DNA of 64,000 nt. It comes from Octopus sinensis. Lineage: Eukaryota. The notes below the pieces were generated by a model. That model worked only from the letters and a program-made list of their open reading frames with translations. It had not been told where the DNA came from and made no database searches. Shown piece after piece: positions 49,303-59,933 of the stretch (position 1 is the stretch's first letter; each line of letters starts with the position of its first letter). The position numbers and the translations under genes were made by a program. Where the stretch lies: NCBI RefSeq assembly GCF_006345805.1, contig NC_043011.1:44094464-44158463 (forward strand), written 5' to 3'.

Positions 49303-52300
49303 GTTTGTTCTAGTTTTAATTATTGATTTTTTTTTACTCTTCTTACTTAATTGAATTCTTTAACCTGTTAGCATTGAAACTGTCCATATCTGGCTCAAAT
49401 ATTCTACCTGTCTTACATTCAAACCAACCAGATTTGAACTCTCACACATACTCCACAATATCATTCTCAAATAAGGCAGTGAGCTGGCAGAAATGTTAGC
49501 ACGCCGGGTGAAATGCTTAGAGGTATTTCGTCTGCCGTTATGTTCTGAGTTCAAATTCCGCCGAGGTCAACTTTGCCTTTCATCCTTTTGGGGTCGATTA
49601 AATAAGTACCAGTTACGCACTGGGGTCGATATAATCGACTTAATCCGTTTGTCTGTCCTTGTTTGTCCTCTTTGTGTTTAGCCCCTTGTGGGTAGTAAAG
49701 AAATAGGTATTTCGTCTGTCTTTATGTTCCGAGTTCAAATTTCACCGAGGTCGCCTTTGCCTTTCATACTCTCAGGGTCGATAAATTAAGTACTAGTTGT
49801 GTACTGGGGTTGATCTAATTACCCTGTCCTCAAAATTTCAGGCCTTGTGCCTAGAGAAGAAAAGAATATCATTCTCAAATTAAAAATCATATGATCAAAA
49901 TCTTGAAGCTATAAGATAATCCATGATTAATTCAAAACAATGTGAATATATAAGCATTACATTTGATACAGGAATTTGACTGTTAAAGGGATAATACTAT
50001 TTGAGTGAAGGAATGTGGCTTAGTGGTTAGGTACTTGGCTTACAATCGTTAAGTTGTGAGTTCAGTTCCCAGTGACACTGTGTCCTTGGGCAAGATACTT
50101 TTACACGTTGCTCCAGTCTACACATCTGGCGAAAATGAGTAGTACCTGCAATTCAAAGGGCCAGCCTTGCCACATTCTATGTCATGCTGAATCTCTCAGT
50201 GAACTACGTTAAGGGTACACGCGTCTGTGGAATGCTCAGCCACTTGCATGTCAATTTCATGATCAGGCTGTTCCGTTGATTGGCTCAGCTGGAACCCTCA
50301 TCGTTGTAGTTGACAGAGCACCAATGCCTTTTGCTTAATTGTGTGTGTGGTTGAGAAATTTGCATGCCACACAAAAGATGCTTAGTGGTATTTGCTTTGA
50401 GTTCAAATTCCACTGAGGTCAGTTTTGCCTTTCGTTCTTTCATAGTTGATCAAATGAGTACCAGTTGACCACTGAGACCAGTGTGATCGACTAACCACCC
50501 TGCTCCCAAATTTTCAGGCCTTTGTGCTTATATTATAAGGAATTATTATCATTGTAATTACTTCATTGACTTTAAGGTAGATAAGTGGCAGAATTGATGA
50601 GGTGCAGGAGTGGCTGTGTGGCAAGTAGCTTGCTTACCAGCCACATGGTTCCAGGTTCAGTCCCACTGCATGACATCTTGGGCAAGTGTCTTCAACTATA
50701 TCCTCAGGTCGACCAAAGCCTTGTGAGTGGATTTGGTTGACAAAATCTGAAAGAAGCCCGTTGTGTGTGTGTGTGTGTGTGTGTGTTTGTTCCCCCCACC
50801 CGCCCACCCCCATTGCTTGACAACCAATGTTGGTGAGCTTACATCTCCATAACTTAGTGGTTTGGCAAAAGAGACCAATAAAATAAGTGCTAGGCTTCCA
50901 AAGAATAAGTTCCAGGGTTTGCTCTTTTTGGCTAAAGGTGGTGCTCCAACATGGCCACAATCAAATGACTGAAACAAATAAAAGAATAAAAGAAAGATAT
51001 AGATTTCCTGATTTAATGTTCTTACTGTTATTCCTCTGTATCCCTCAGGGGGTCAATAAAATAAATAAGGATCTAGGCAATCAACTTATTGATTATATTT
51101 TATTAAATTATTATTATTATTACTCACCACCATTTCAAAATAGGCAGGAAAAGTATTTTATTTTATTGTCTTGTTTATTACAATTTATTTCAGAGTTAGT
51201 TGGGTTGGATAGTGCTGTAAATTTACAGAAATGTTTAATGTTTGAGATTTACTTAGGTTACAGCATTTGGAGTAGAGTGGTAAATCCTACCTGGTAAAGA
51301 CCATCCTTGCCTATGGGAAGTTTTGAACTCTGCGTTGCTGACTAACTAACCACTTGTCAGTTTTGCAGTGTCTCCCCAGCTGTTGCTTCATGCAATGACT
51401 TGGTTCTATTCTGTGGTACATGTTTACAGCCAGGTAGACTGGGTCCGTTGAGTACTGTGTCTTAATCATAGACACAATGCTCTGCTGTTTACAGGATATG
51501 AACCAACAATTTCTTGATTAGTTATCTAGTACTGTGAAGGCGCATGGCTCAGTGGTTAGAGCACCAAACTTACGACCGTGTGGTTGTAAGTTCGAATCCT
51601 GGACCGGGCTGTATGTTGTGTTCTTGAGCAAGACACTGTATTTCACATTGCTCCAGTTTACTCAGCTGTAGAAATGAGTTTTGACATCACTGGTGCCAAG
51701 CTGTATCGGCCTTTGCCTTTCCCTTGGATAACATCGGTGGCGTGGAGAGGGAAGGTTGGTTTGCATGGGCGACTACTTGTCTTCCATAAACAATTCTGCC
51801 TGGACTTGTGCCTCGGAGGATAACTTTCTAGGTGCAATCCCATGGTCATTCGTGTATGAAGGGAGTCTCTGATATCTAGTCCTATATCTGCCCAGCCATC
51901 CACAATTTTATGTGGGTTGTTTATTGGTGTAAATTTAAACATTTTTATGGACTGTTTACAAAGCCAAGTTCCCTGAAGGGCATAAATTTAGGTTGTACTT
52001 CCGTATCAAGTATACACCCATCTGTTTTCTACTGTTCTACATTGTGCATGTCCAGTTGGTGTATATATATATATATATAATATATATATATTCAGCATCC
52101 TCCCATCTAAATATCCTAACATCCTCCCACCTAAATATCTTAACAGTTTTATGTTTATTTAATTATAATATCTATAGATTTGTTCAGGTGTATATATCTG
52201 GCAACAGGTAGTGTGTATGTGTGTGCGTGTACATGTGCAAACACACACACAGACAAATATATATGAGAATATCTTTTATCTTTTACTTGTTTCTGTCATT

Positions 52301-52680
52301 GGTCTGTGGCCATGCTGGGGCACCTCCTTGAAGGGTTGAGTAGAACAAATCAACCCTTTTTTTTTCTAAGTTTATTACTTATTCTGTGGGTCTCTGTTAC
52401 CAAACCATTATGCTACAAGGTATTAGCAAACACACATACATACATATTTGTACACACACACACACACACACATATGACAGGCTTCTACTCAGTTTCCATT
52501 TATCAAATTCACTCACAAAGCATTGGTCAGCTATAGATGACACGCGGCCAAGGTATTATGCAGTGGGACTGAACCCAGAACCATGAAGTTACAAAATGAG
52601 CTTCTTATCCACACAGCCAAATATTCTATATAATGCTTTAAAAAAAATTTTTGTTTTTTGTTATTTTCTGTTTTTATTAG

Positions 52681-52762
52681 GTTTGAAACATTCAGAGTAA
52701 ACAGCTTTGAACAGTTTTGCATTAATTATGCAAACGAACGGCTCCAATTACAGTTCAACACG
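52681..52762 (+). CDS. Myo5: Myosin V switch II/relay exon [27 protein letters not shown]
   Basis: ttttattag acceptor, gtgagt donor, phase 2 to 0. Confidence 0.95.
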
Positions 52763-53224
52763 GTGAGTTAATTAAAGGACCTTTGACCACTGTCTCCACT
52801 TTTGGTCATCACTGGTATTGTGATTTTCATTATCACCATTGCCATTGTCACCATCCCGACAACTCTTTGTCATCACCGTCCTTCCATTTCACCATCATCA
52901 CCATCCCTGTACCCACTCCATCCCTAACCTTCCACCCCCATTATTATCATTCTTTTACCCCACTGTCATTCCCCATCTCTCCACCTCCATCATCATTCCC
53001 ATTGCTCCCACCCTGCTTCCTCACCATTCCTCTTCCCTGTCATCCATCACCATCCCCCCTGTTCTCATCATCATCATCATCCACCCACCATGGTTTCTTT
53101 AGCTGGATCCCCTTCCTAACACCAACCATTTTAGGAAGGGTATCTTGTTGCTGCTGCTGCTGCTGTTGTTGTTGTTGCTATTTGTGTGTATGTGTTTGTG
53201 TGTGTGATATATATATATATATAT

Positions 53225-53454
53225 ATATTAATAGTTATCGCCAAGTTAATATGGCAGTCCAAAAATATAGGACGAATGCTGCTGTTGATTAGCTCCAAGA
53301 GTTTCCCATGTATTCCATTTTCCATCTCTATAATGGACACAGGTTCGTGTATCACATAGCTAGCCAGAGATGATGGCCTCTTGGAGCTAATCAATGGCAG
53401 CATTCGTCCTATATTTCTGGACTGCCATATTAGCTTGGCGATAACTATTAATAT
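53225..53454. mobile_element. Hairpin MITE-like element, about 76-bp TIRs, next to (TA)n
   Basis: tattaatagttatcgccaag... and ...cttggcgataactattaata; mismatches mostly G-U compatible. Confidence 0.75.
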
Positions 53455-53882
53455 CCATTACTGCTGCCATAGTCTCCTTTAGAGAGACTTAGAAATAATA
53501 ATATTTCTATAGTTATATGTATGTATATATATATATATATATATATCTTTTCCTTCTCTCCATACCTTTCTTCTTCCTCTTTCTGATGAAGAGCCATACT
53601 CAAAATGGCACACACCCTCTTTTTTTTCATCTTAAACTGAGCATCAATCTAATACATTCACTGTATACATCCTTTTGACTTTTGTTGTTTTTTGTTTTTA
53701 TTTTTGATTCGCCTATGTATATATATATTACGTTTTTGTATTCTTATTGGTGTCACGTATTCTGTATTTTTGTTCGTGTACTTCGTTCGTTTTCCGTCCT
53801 CGTGTTGTATACATTCGAAGCTTTCTTCCATGGGATCTAATGCACTTGGCTTAGATATCCCATGGCGGGCTGCCAATATCGG

Positions 53883-53949
53883 AGCAATCTCAAGATTAAT
53901 CAGCCGAAATTGCTAAGATGATCTGGTTCTTGACTGATGACTGAGGGCT
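53883..53949 (+). ncRNA. Strand-permuted hammerhead-like motif, copy 1
   Basis: AGCAAU-C-UCAAGA ... UCAG-CC-GAAAUUGCU ... UCUUGA-CUGAUGA-CUGA; helix III 6 bp, helix I 6 bp, helix II 4 bp, all Watson-Crick. Confidence 0.6.
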
Positions 53950-54649
53950 TCGAATGTCCCGTCCTGTGGTTCTTGTGTCGTCTCCGTGGTGTTTCATGTT
54001 CTTGTCCATGTCTGTTAATTATTTTTACTGTTTACCTATATAATCGGCGGCTACGTATCCACAATTGTCCTTATACGATAAGTATATTTTTTCTCTAGCA
54101 TTGATACGACTCTTAATCTGTCTCTTTCTCTCTCTCTCTCTCCTCCCTTATTCCCCTTCCTTTCTTTCCCTCTCCATCCTTCCCCCCCCTTCTACGTTTC
54201 TCTGTCTCTCTCACCTCCAGCCCCCTCGATCTGTCTCTTTCTTCTCCTCCCTCGTCCACCTTCTCTCTCTTTTCATCTGTCCCTTTCTCCTGTCTTTTGT
54301 TCTCACGTGACCGCTAGCCACTGTTGAGCGCTCTTTTCGTTCCAGCAGTCGCCGAAGCAACACGTATTTGTTCGTCTCCCTGCGGCCATTAGGCACAACT
54401 TCATAAGCCAGCCCCAAACTCAACTCGTCCTGTCGAAAGACCCTTGTCCTACGTCCTGGTTTTGTTCTGTTTTTTATTTTTACCGTTATTGTTTTTACGT
54501 TTTTGTATTCTTATTGGTGTCACGTATTCTGTATTTTTGTTTGTGTACTTCGTTCGTTTTCCGTCCTCGTGTTGTATACATTCGAAGCTTTCTTCCATGG
54601 GATCTAATGCGCTTGGCTTAGATATCCCATGGCGGGCTGCCAATATCGG

Positions 54650-54716
54650 AGCAATCTCAAGATTAATCAGCCGAAATTGCTAAGATGATCTGGTTCTTGA
54701 CTGATGACTGAGGGCT
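54650..54716 (+). ncRNA. Strand-permuted hammerhead-like motif, copy 2 (identical to copy 1)
   Basis: Same sequence 767 nt downstream in the second direct repeat. Confidence 0.6.
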
Positions 54717-54823
54717 TCGAATGTCCCGTCCTGTGGTTCTTGTGTCGTCTCCGTGGTGTTTCATGTTCTTGTCTATGTCTGTTAATTATTTTTACTGTTT
54801 ACCTATATATATATATATATATA

Positions 54824-55049
54824 CACAACTTATAAACAAGGACAAAAGAAAAATTATTTCCATCCCAATATACTGATAACAGGCTTTAAGTCGTCAATTT
54901 CCACATATCATTATACACTCAGTATAAATACACGTCATGCTGAAATCGGGGAAGCTAGTCAACAGAATTTTAAAAAAAAGTTCGTTATTTCTATATTGAA
55001 TCAATTTCAGAATTAATCCCATGGATTTTTTCCTCGTCAGTAGAAAATA

Positions 55050-55051
<2 letters not shown>
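54824..55051 (-). mobile_element. Short hammerhead-bearing element inserted in (TA)n
   Basis: (TA)n on both sides; canonical hammerhead at its 5' end. Confidence 0.55.

Positions 55052-55052
<1 letters not shown>
54982..55052 (-). ncRNA. Type I hammerhead ribozyme motif with apparently intact core
   Basis: Minus strand reads UUUCUA-CUGACGA-GGAAAAAAUCCAUGGGAUUAAUUCU-GAAA-UUGAUUCAA-UA-UAGAAA. Helix I is 6 bp plus 4 bp, helix II 4 plus 5 bp, helix III AUUG/CAAU, AUA triplet, predicted cut between 54994 and 54993. Confidence 0.75.
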
Positions 55053-55105
<53 letters not shown>

Positions 55106-55392
55106 CTGAAGGATCAAAATTAATTTTAATCCCTCCGATAATTAATGCTTTTCTTGGGCCTGCAATTGCTTATATTATTAATTCTGTTATTATCATTTTT
55201 TTTTAAATAGCCATTCTAGATGATACAAAATTAATAATATCTTAGCAAATTAATTTTTGAGAATTTATATTTTTTTCTTGCGAATTGTTTGCCCCTGTAA
55301 AAAGAGTATGTGTGTGTGTACATGTATGTATTTATGAACATATATATATATATATAATTATACATGTTCTGTTGTCTTTGGTTCCATTGCAG

Positions 55393-55533
55393 CACGTATT
55401 CACACTAGAACAGCAGGAGTATAGACAAGAAGGTCTGGAATGGGATGAAATCAGCCACTACGACAATACTCCTTGTATTGACCTTATTGAGAGTTCTCAG
55501 GGAATCTTAGCTTTATTAGATGACGAATGTAAG
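55393..55533 (+). CDS. Myo5: Myosin V exon [10 protein letters not shown]...[11 protein letters not shown]
   Basis: cattgcag acceptor, gtaagt donor, phase 0 to 0. Confidence 0.94.
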
Positions 55534-56916
55534 GTAAGTCACTTTCCAGAAGCTTCTTTGAAGTAAACTACCAAATGAAACATTGCTAGGGATGTAAATT
55601 GAACCTGCTACCTTCTTCGTTTCAGCTTTCATCTCTTTTTTTTAACATGTGTAAATACTCAATTTAAGGACCCTTTTCTCTTCTGTGCTTTCCCTTCTCT
55701 CTGCTGTCCTCAAAACTCGAGGATTGGTTTTGCTTTCTTACATTTGTCCCTATGCAAATATGTTTTATGCAGCCTGTCTCTATCTTTCTCGGTGTCCCTG
55801 TCAAACAGCATATGTTACAATAATGGAAAAATTCAGATAAGCAGAGACCTCTAACTTGTCTTCCCTCATCTAAATCACTGTGATCACCCAGGCTATCAGA
55901 TGTTGCTACACATCGCTGGTCACAATGCGCTTCACATTGCTTTAGCCTTCAAATGACACCACCCCGCTGGCTAAGTGAGCAGGCCAACAGAAGAAAGAGC
56001 GAGAGGAAGTTGTAGCGAAAGAGTACAGTAGGGATCACCATACCCCCTGCCGGAGCCTCATGGAGCTTTAGGTGTTCTCGCTCAATAAAAGCTCACAACA
56101 CCTGGTCTGGGAATCGAAGCCGCGATCCTATGACCGCAAGTCCACTGCCCTAACCACTGGGCCATTGCGCCTCCACCCCCTCATCTAAATAGCCTCCATT
56201 AATTCATTTTCTCTCGTTCTCAGCTGTAGTGCCAAAATACATAAAATATATATGTAGTTTCTAATCACATAATTGCACAGATCTTCGATGTTTGTTGTGT
56301 GAAATACAAATACTATGCTGATTTTCTGGAATCTTCAGTTCCAAAGCATCTCCTGATTACTGATTTTCTTTGAATCAGGGGCTGTCATCTTGGCTAGCGC
56401 ACTCTAAATTAAACAAATATTAAATTAAGATAAAAAATGCATGCACATTAGTATAAATGACACGAGTTTATAAATACTTATTTCTTTATTGCCCACAAGG
56501 GGCTAAACATAGAGGGGACAGACAAAAGGATCAAGTCGATTACATCGACTCCAGTGCATAACTGGTACTTGATTTATCAACCCCAAAAGGATGAAAGGCA
56601 AAGTCAACCTCGGTGGAATTTGTCTCAGAACGTAACGGCAGATGAAAATAACGTTAAGCATATCACCACGAGTGCTAACGTTTCTGCTAGTATGCCACCT
56701 TATTATTATTAATACTAAAGTACTAATCTATGCTAGATACCAATAAACTAGTTCGGCGGTCACAGGAATTTGAAGATCCTATTTCTTGAATTAGGGCAGA
56801 TTATAAGAAGTTCAAAACCATTCGTGTCCAGAAAGTTTGTGTTGTACATGTCTTCTACATGTCTTTGCTCACGATGTTCTTTACTCGGGTCATTTACTTT
56901 TTTCCTCTCTCCTCAG

Positions 56917-57123
56917 ATGTTGAATGGAAGTGACGCCAACTGGTGCACGTCGTTATTGAAGAAGTTGGCAAAAGCTCAGTGTTTTGAGAAACCCAGAACC
57001 TCTCAGACCTCTTTCACTGTCTGCCACTTTGCTGAGAAGGTCACCTATACTTGCCAAGGGTTCATGGAGAAAAATATGGATTCTGTATCAGACTTACAAG
57101 TAGAAACTTTGAGAAAAAGCACC
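56917..57123 (+). CDS. Myo5: Myosin V exon MLNGSD...FEKPR...HFAEKVTY...EKNMD...RKST
   Basis: ctcctcag acceptor, gtaagt donor, phase 0 to 0. Confidence 0.93.
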
Positions 57124-58009
57124 GTAAGTATTTGTCCGATGTGATAATTCTTTATTTCAAAACTATCATTCAGTTCTCATCCCCACCCTTTATGGGGGTT
57201 GGTTGGTTGGTTGGTTGGTTGTTTTCTAAATCTAATTTAATCAATGATATATACATCATTGTTTTAACATACACTTTTGGAAATCAGGTAATGTAATAAG
57301 AGGTATCCTATTAAATGAGCTCAGTTTCGCTCAGATTTAGTACAGCATGTTGTTAGTGCCGGTGGAATGTGAAAAAAACATTCAAGCGAGATCGTTGCCA
57401 GTGCCGCTGGACTGGCTCCTGTGCTGGTGGCACGTGAAAAGCACCAATCGAGCATGACCATTGCCAGCTTCGCCTTACCAGTACATATGCCAGCAGCACG
57501 TGAAAAACAACATTCGAGTGTGGTCGTTGCCAGTGCCACCAGACTGGCTCCCAGCATGTAAAAACACCTTTTGAGCATGGTCGTTGCCAGAACCACCTGA
57601 CTGGTCCTCATGCCAGTGGCACATAAAAAGCACCCACTACACTCTCAGAGTGGTTGGCATTAGGAAGGGCATCCAGCTGTAGAAACTTTGCCAGATCAGA
57701 TTGAGCCTGGTGCAGCCTTCTGGCTCACCAGTCCTCAGTCAAACCGTCCAACCCATGCCAGCATGGAAAGCAGCCATTAAACAATGATGATGATGATATA
57801 TATATATATATATGCTATAATATAACCGTTTTGTCTGACATGCATAATGGTAATTCGAAACAAAAAGAGACGAATAAAAATGATGGTAAAAAGAAAGCAA
57901 ACTTTGCCGCTAAAATTCTTATGTTTTGATGTTTGCTTTCAAAATCTCTTTGTAGAGATATGTGAGAAGAATCCTGTTAATAATGAAGTACGTTTTTTTT
58001 GTCTTTCAG

Positions 58010-58135
58010 AATCCATTTGTTTTAGAACTGTTCCAGGAGAAGAAATTGGAAAGGAAACTATCGACCTTAACTGAAGAATCCTACCTGAACCCACCAAAGA
58101 AATCTAAAAAACACAAACAGACTGTTGGTTCTCAG
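58010..58135 (+). CDS. Myo5: Myosin V loop 2 exon NPFVLELFQE...KKSKKHKQTVGSQ
   Basis: gtctttcag acceptor, gtatgt donor, phase 0 to 0. Confidence 0.92.
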
Positions 58136-59835
58136 GTATGTGAAGAAGGTGGTAGTGGTGGTGAAGGGGACGAAGTTTTATTGGTAACAGTGGAGGATAG
58201 GTCTTAGCTAGAGATGGGACAACAGCACCCAAGACTTGGATGGAAAGACAGGAAGAAACTTTAGGGTACTAAAGTAAGGAATACCCCCTGCCCAAGGTGT
58301 CCAGTACTCTTGAGATAAGGGACAAAACACCTGGTTTTATTAATTGTAAGGGTGAGGATCAGTTAATGTTGTTATCCCAAGCAACAGGTTAAGTCTCTTA
58401 CCCATTAACTGGTACATTTTATCCGTTGGGTTTCTCTACAGTTTTTGACTAATTTCACTCAAGGCCTTGATTACTCTAAACCTGAGATGCAAAAGACTTG
58501 CTCAAGGTACTGCAGAGAGGGTTGAACTCAAGACTACAGTAGAGGATACTTGCCTAAGGTGCTCTGCAGTGGGATCCAGCTAGAATAATTTGATTTTGTA
58601 GTGAAATAAAGACTGAAATAAAGTGATGTCTGTGAGTCGCTTGGATATTACTTTCTTGACTCTTAAGACTCACAGGGCTGATTACCCAGATTCCTTGGCA
58701 CATAAATGACCAAGTTCCCAGCATTTCCCTTAAACAGGATGCCAGTCTGATGCAGGGTTGCTCATTTATGGTTGAATGAGCTGGAATAGTATGAAATGAA
58801 GTGTTTTGCTCAAGAACATAATGCACCACCTGGTCTGGGAATTGAAACCCATGATCTCGTGATCATGAGTACAACACCCTAACCACCGGTCCATGTGCCT
58901 TCTCAAAGAGCCAGAACAAACACATTATTGTCGTTGTCATCATCATCAAACCTTGGGCATTACTACCTTGAGTCGTAGAACTCATTGGGCCAGTTACCTG
59001 GTTTGTGGAGGTGCATGGTTTAGTGGTTAGAATGTTGGACTCATGATTGTAAGATTGTGGTTTCAATTTTAGGACTGGGTGACACGTTGTGTCCCTGAAC
59101 AAAACACTTTATTTCACATTGTTCCAGTCTACTCAGCTAGCAAAAACTGGAACAGGCAGGGAATATATATTCCATAAAATTGGGAGACCGGGAATCTGGC
59201 CCTTATGAGTCACTATGACTCGTGAAGTTTACTTAACTTTACCTAATTACCTGGTTTGCATGGCATATAAGTGACTGAGAATCTCAACAGTGTCCCTGAA
59301 CGGGATGCTAGTCTATCATAGTGATGGTCATTGATAGCTAAGCAAGCTGAAACAACATGAAATGAAGTGCTTTGCTCAAGGACATCAAAAACATGATCCA
59401 TTATCTGGCCTTGGAATCAAAACCGCAATCACAATTTTGACTGTGGTCATGCTGGAGCACCGCCTTTAGTTGAGCATTTAGCCCAAGCCTCCACAGTCAC
59501 AAACCTTCACAGTCGTGTCTGTGGGTTGACAGAATTAGTAGATTTGAGACTTAAAATACCTTGTGGGCAGAATTGTTAGCACTCCAGGTAAAATGCTTAG
59601 TGGTGTTTCCACTGAGGTCAACTCTGCCTTTCATCCTTTCAGGGTCGATAAAATAGGTACCAGTCAAGTACTGGAGTCAATGTAATCAACTTACCTCCCC
59701 AGCAAAAAAAAAAAAAAATTGCCGGCTTTGTGCCAAGATTTGAAACCAGTATTTTAGTTACATCCCTTTACATTCTGTGTTCAAATTCCCAAATTTTTTT
59801 GAAATCAATTTCAATTATTTTATTTAATGTTGCAG

Positions 59836-59933
59836 TTTAAAGAATCATTAAACAGCCTCATGAAGACCTTGTCAGACACAAACCCACACTATGTGCGATG
59901 TATAAAGCCCAATGATGAAAAGAAACCATTCAA
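59836..59933 (+). CDS. Myo5: Myosin V exon [12 protein letters not shown]...[16 protein letters not shown]
   Basis: tgttgcag acceptor, gtaagt donor, phase 0 to 2; not in the ORF track. Confidence 0.95.

Larger units (their letters stand above)
53728..54809 (+). mobile_element. (TA)n-bounded element with two about 315-bp direct repeats (Penelope pLTR/retrozyme-like)
   Basis: 53728-54043 and 54495-54809 differ at about 4 positions and flank about 450 bp of unique sequence; each repeat carries a hammerhead-like core. Confidence 0.6.
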
